The position numbers and the translations under genes are program-made. The notes beneath the pieces were generated by a model. It was not told the DNA's origin. It searched no databases and saw nothing but the letters and a program-made list of their open reading frames with translations. 64,000 nt of DNA from a virus. Location of the stretch: positions 93,443 through 157,442 of the IMG/VR virus record IMGVR_UViG_3300047548_001271; one strand, given 5' to 3'. Positions 62,643 to 64,000 of this stretch are shown one piece after another (position 1 is the stretch's first letter; every line of letters begins with the position of its first letter).

Positions 62643-62671
62643 ATTGTATCAAGTGTTTTCGGTACTGTCAA
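62643..62671 (-). promoter_or_regulatory. promoter of the ncRNA cluster
   Basis: TTGACA-N17-TACAAT with extended TG. Confidence 0.75.
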
Positions 62672-63286
62672 GAAAATTCTGCATTTTTTCTCTTTGTTCG
62701 ACATCTTCAAAAGTTCCCGTTTTTATCAAATCAGCCAAGATGCCACGAATTTCTTTCAATACTTGAGAATTTACAGAGATTTTGACTTCTTTTCCTAGAG
62801 GGACGCGACGCCAGTCAACAGGTTTCCAGCAAATATTTCCATCACCATTAATATATGGTCGATCTTCTTCACTGTTGTTGTTTGATCGCGATGTAAATAA
62901 GTCAATATGAAATTCTTTTTGCCCTTTTGATCGTTTTTTCTTCCAGTTCTTTTTTGCTTCTTCAAGAGTGGTTCCACCACCCCAAGCAAATCCACCAGAA
63001 ACGATATACCACTTAAACATTGTCATCTCCAGTAAGTAGCACAGTTGCTAGAGCGATCAAAATTGATGAGACAAACGCGAAGATCATTATAGCATTTGCT
63101 TCTGCCATGTCAAGACCTCGAAAAAAGGCCAATCAGAAAACCAACGCAAATCACAAAGATGAAAAATATCATATCGCCACCTTGTTCTTACTTCACAAAC
63201 CCCAGGGTGGACTACTCTACCCCCAGGAATACGTCATGCTCGTATCATTCAGCAGCGTTCTAAGGAGTCCACCCTTAGAATAACAG

Positions 63287-63359
63287 TGCATCCGCTGGGG
63301 CTCGAACCCAGGACCTATCGGTTAAAAGCCGATTGCTCTACCAACTGAGCTACGAATGC
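63287..63359 (-). tRNA. tRNA-Lys(UUU)
   Basis: ATCGG-CTTTTAA-CCGAT anticodon arm; canonical. Confidence 0.93.
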
Positions 63360-63362
63360 ATA

Positions 63363-63435
63363 TGCGGGAGGGCGGATTCGAACCGCCGACCACCGCTTTA
63401 TAAGAACGACGCTCTAACCTCTGAGCTACTCCCGC
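63363..63435 (-). tRNA. tRNA-Ile(UAU)
   Basis: TCGTT-CTTATAA-AGCGG anticodon arm; canonical D and T arms. Confidence 0.88.
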
Positions 63436-63518
63436 TTGTGGGATCGTCCTAAAATTCCAGCCTCTACGCCTAACGTAGCGAACTCTTAGTGGAACAGCAG
63501 TGATTCTACCATAGAAAT

Positions 63519-63812
63519 CTACTTTGTCAAGTAGATTGTTCCGTCAATTCGAGCAGAAACCAGTCCTTCAGTTGCAATCGAGCGATAGCCTTTATCGCTG
63601 ATAGAGTAGACGTTTGTCAGTGTTGGATCAGAGTTTGGTCTTGGATTCTCAGTTTTGAGATCCTTGCGAACACCAGTCCGACAAACCAGTGTTCGATACC
63701 GATAGTCGGAACGAGCACGAACAAACTGGACGGACATAAACTTTCCGCCTTGATTTCGAATCATCTGTGCGAGCTGCTCTTTTGAAACCTTAACAGCGTT
63801 TAACGTCTTCAT
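63519..63812 (-). CDS. conserved small phage protein (possible SH3-like fold)
   Basis: AGGAG RBS; F.SV.F.......R...CR.GV.K...V......GYRSI. Confidence 0.65.
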   Translation of the reverse strand: MKTLNAVKVSKEQLAQMIRNQGGKFMSVQFVRARSDYRYRTLVCRTGVRKDLKTENPRPNSDPTLTNVYSISDKGYRSIATEGLVSARIDGTIYLTK

Positions 63813-63845
63813 CAAACTCTCCTAAAAGGTGAAATCGACTTCCAT

Positions 63846-63950
63846 ATTATACAGAAGTCAGTTGGATTGTCAAGTGTTTTCTTTTCTCTTTTCTCTTTTG
63901 TTCTCGCGTGTCTGATGAGTGAATTATATATATGGCGTGGCTATTGTCAA
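63846..63950 (-). promoter_or_regulatory. tandem strong promoters
   Basis: Two TTGACA-N16-TATAAT sites (63846-63873, 63923-63950). Confidence 0.75.
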
Positions 63951-63961
63951 ATGATTTTGTT

Positions 63962-63998
<37 letters not shown>

Positions 63999-64000
63999 TT

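Overview
AT-rich 64 kb segment of a large (jumbo-type) dsDNA bacteriophage genome. It is an early/accessory region: nearly all genes are on the minus strand and most are short hypothetical ORFs driven by many sigma70-type promoters, mostly TTGACA-N16-TA(T/C/G)AAT. Recognisable genes include a cytosine methyltransferase, macrodomain, MazG-like protein, ThyX, kinases and phosphoesterases, an RNA ligase, an SPFH protein, an ATP-grasp protein, a PRPP-synthetase-like/NAMPT-like pair, a sigma factor and rIIA/rIIB. RNA genes include 15 tRNAs and a compact tmRNA (tag ANIVSLAA). tRNA-Leu(UAA) carries a group I intron with an antisense HNH gene. The NAMPT-like gene is split in two by an antisense endonuclease, with no intron visible. 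The strongest novelty candidate is an apparent operon at about 23.9-27.6 kb. It combines a DUF2828 (TROVE/Ro60-like + vWA) gene, a vWA gene and tRNA-bodied RNAs whose anticodon arm carries an 'AAAAC-stem-UAACAGCA' module. The same module appears circularly permuted in the leaders of those genes, where it caps anticodon-loop or T-loop mimics. A related non-coding RNA cluster with its own promoter lies at 62.3-62.7 kb. All calls come from manual motif reading; no searches were run.
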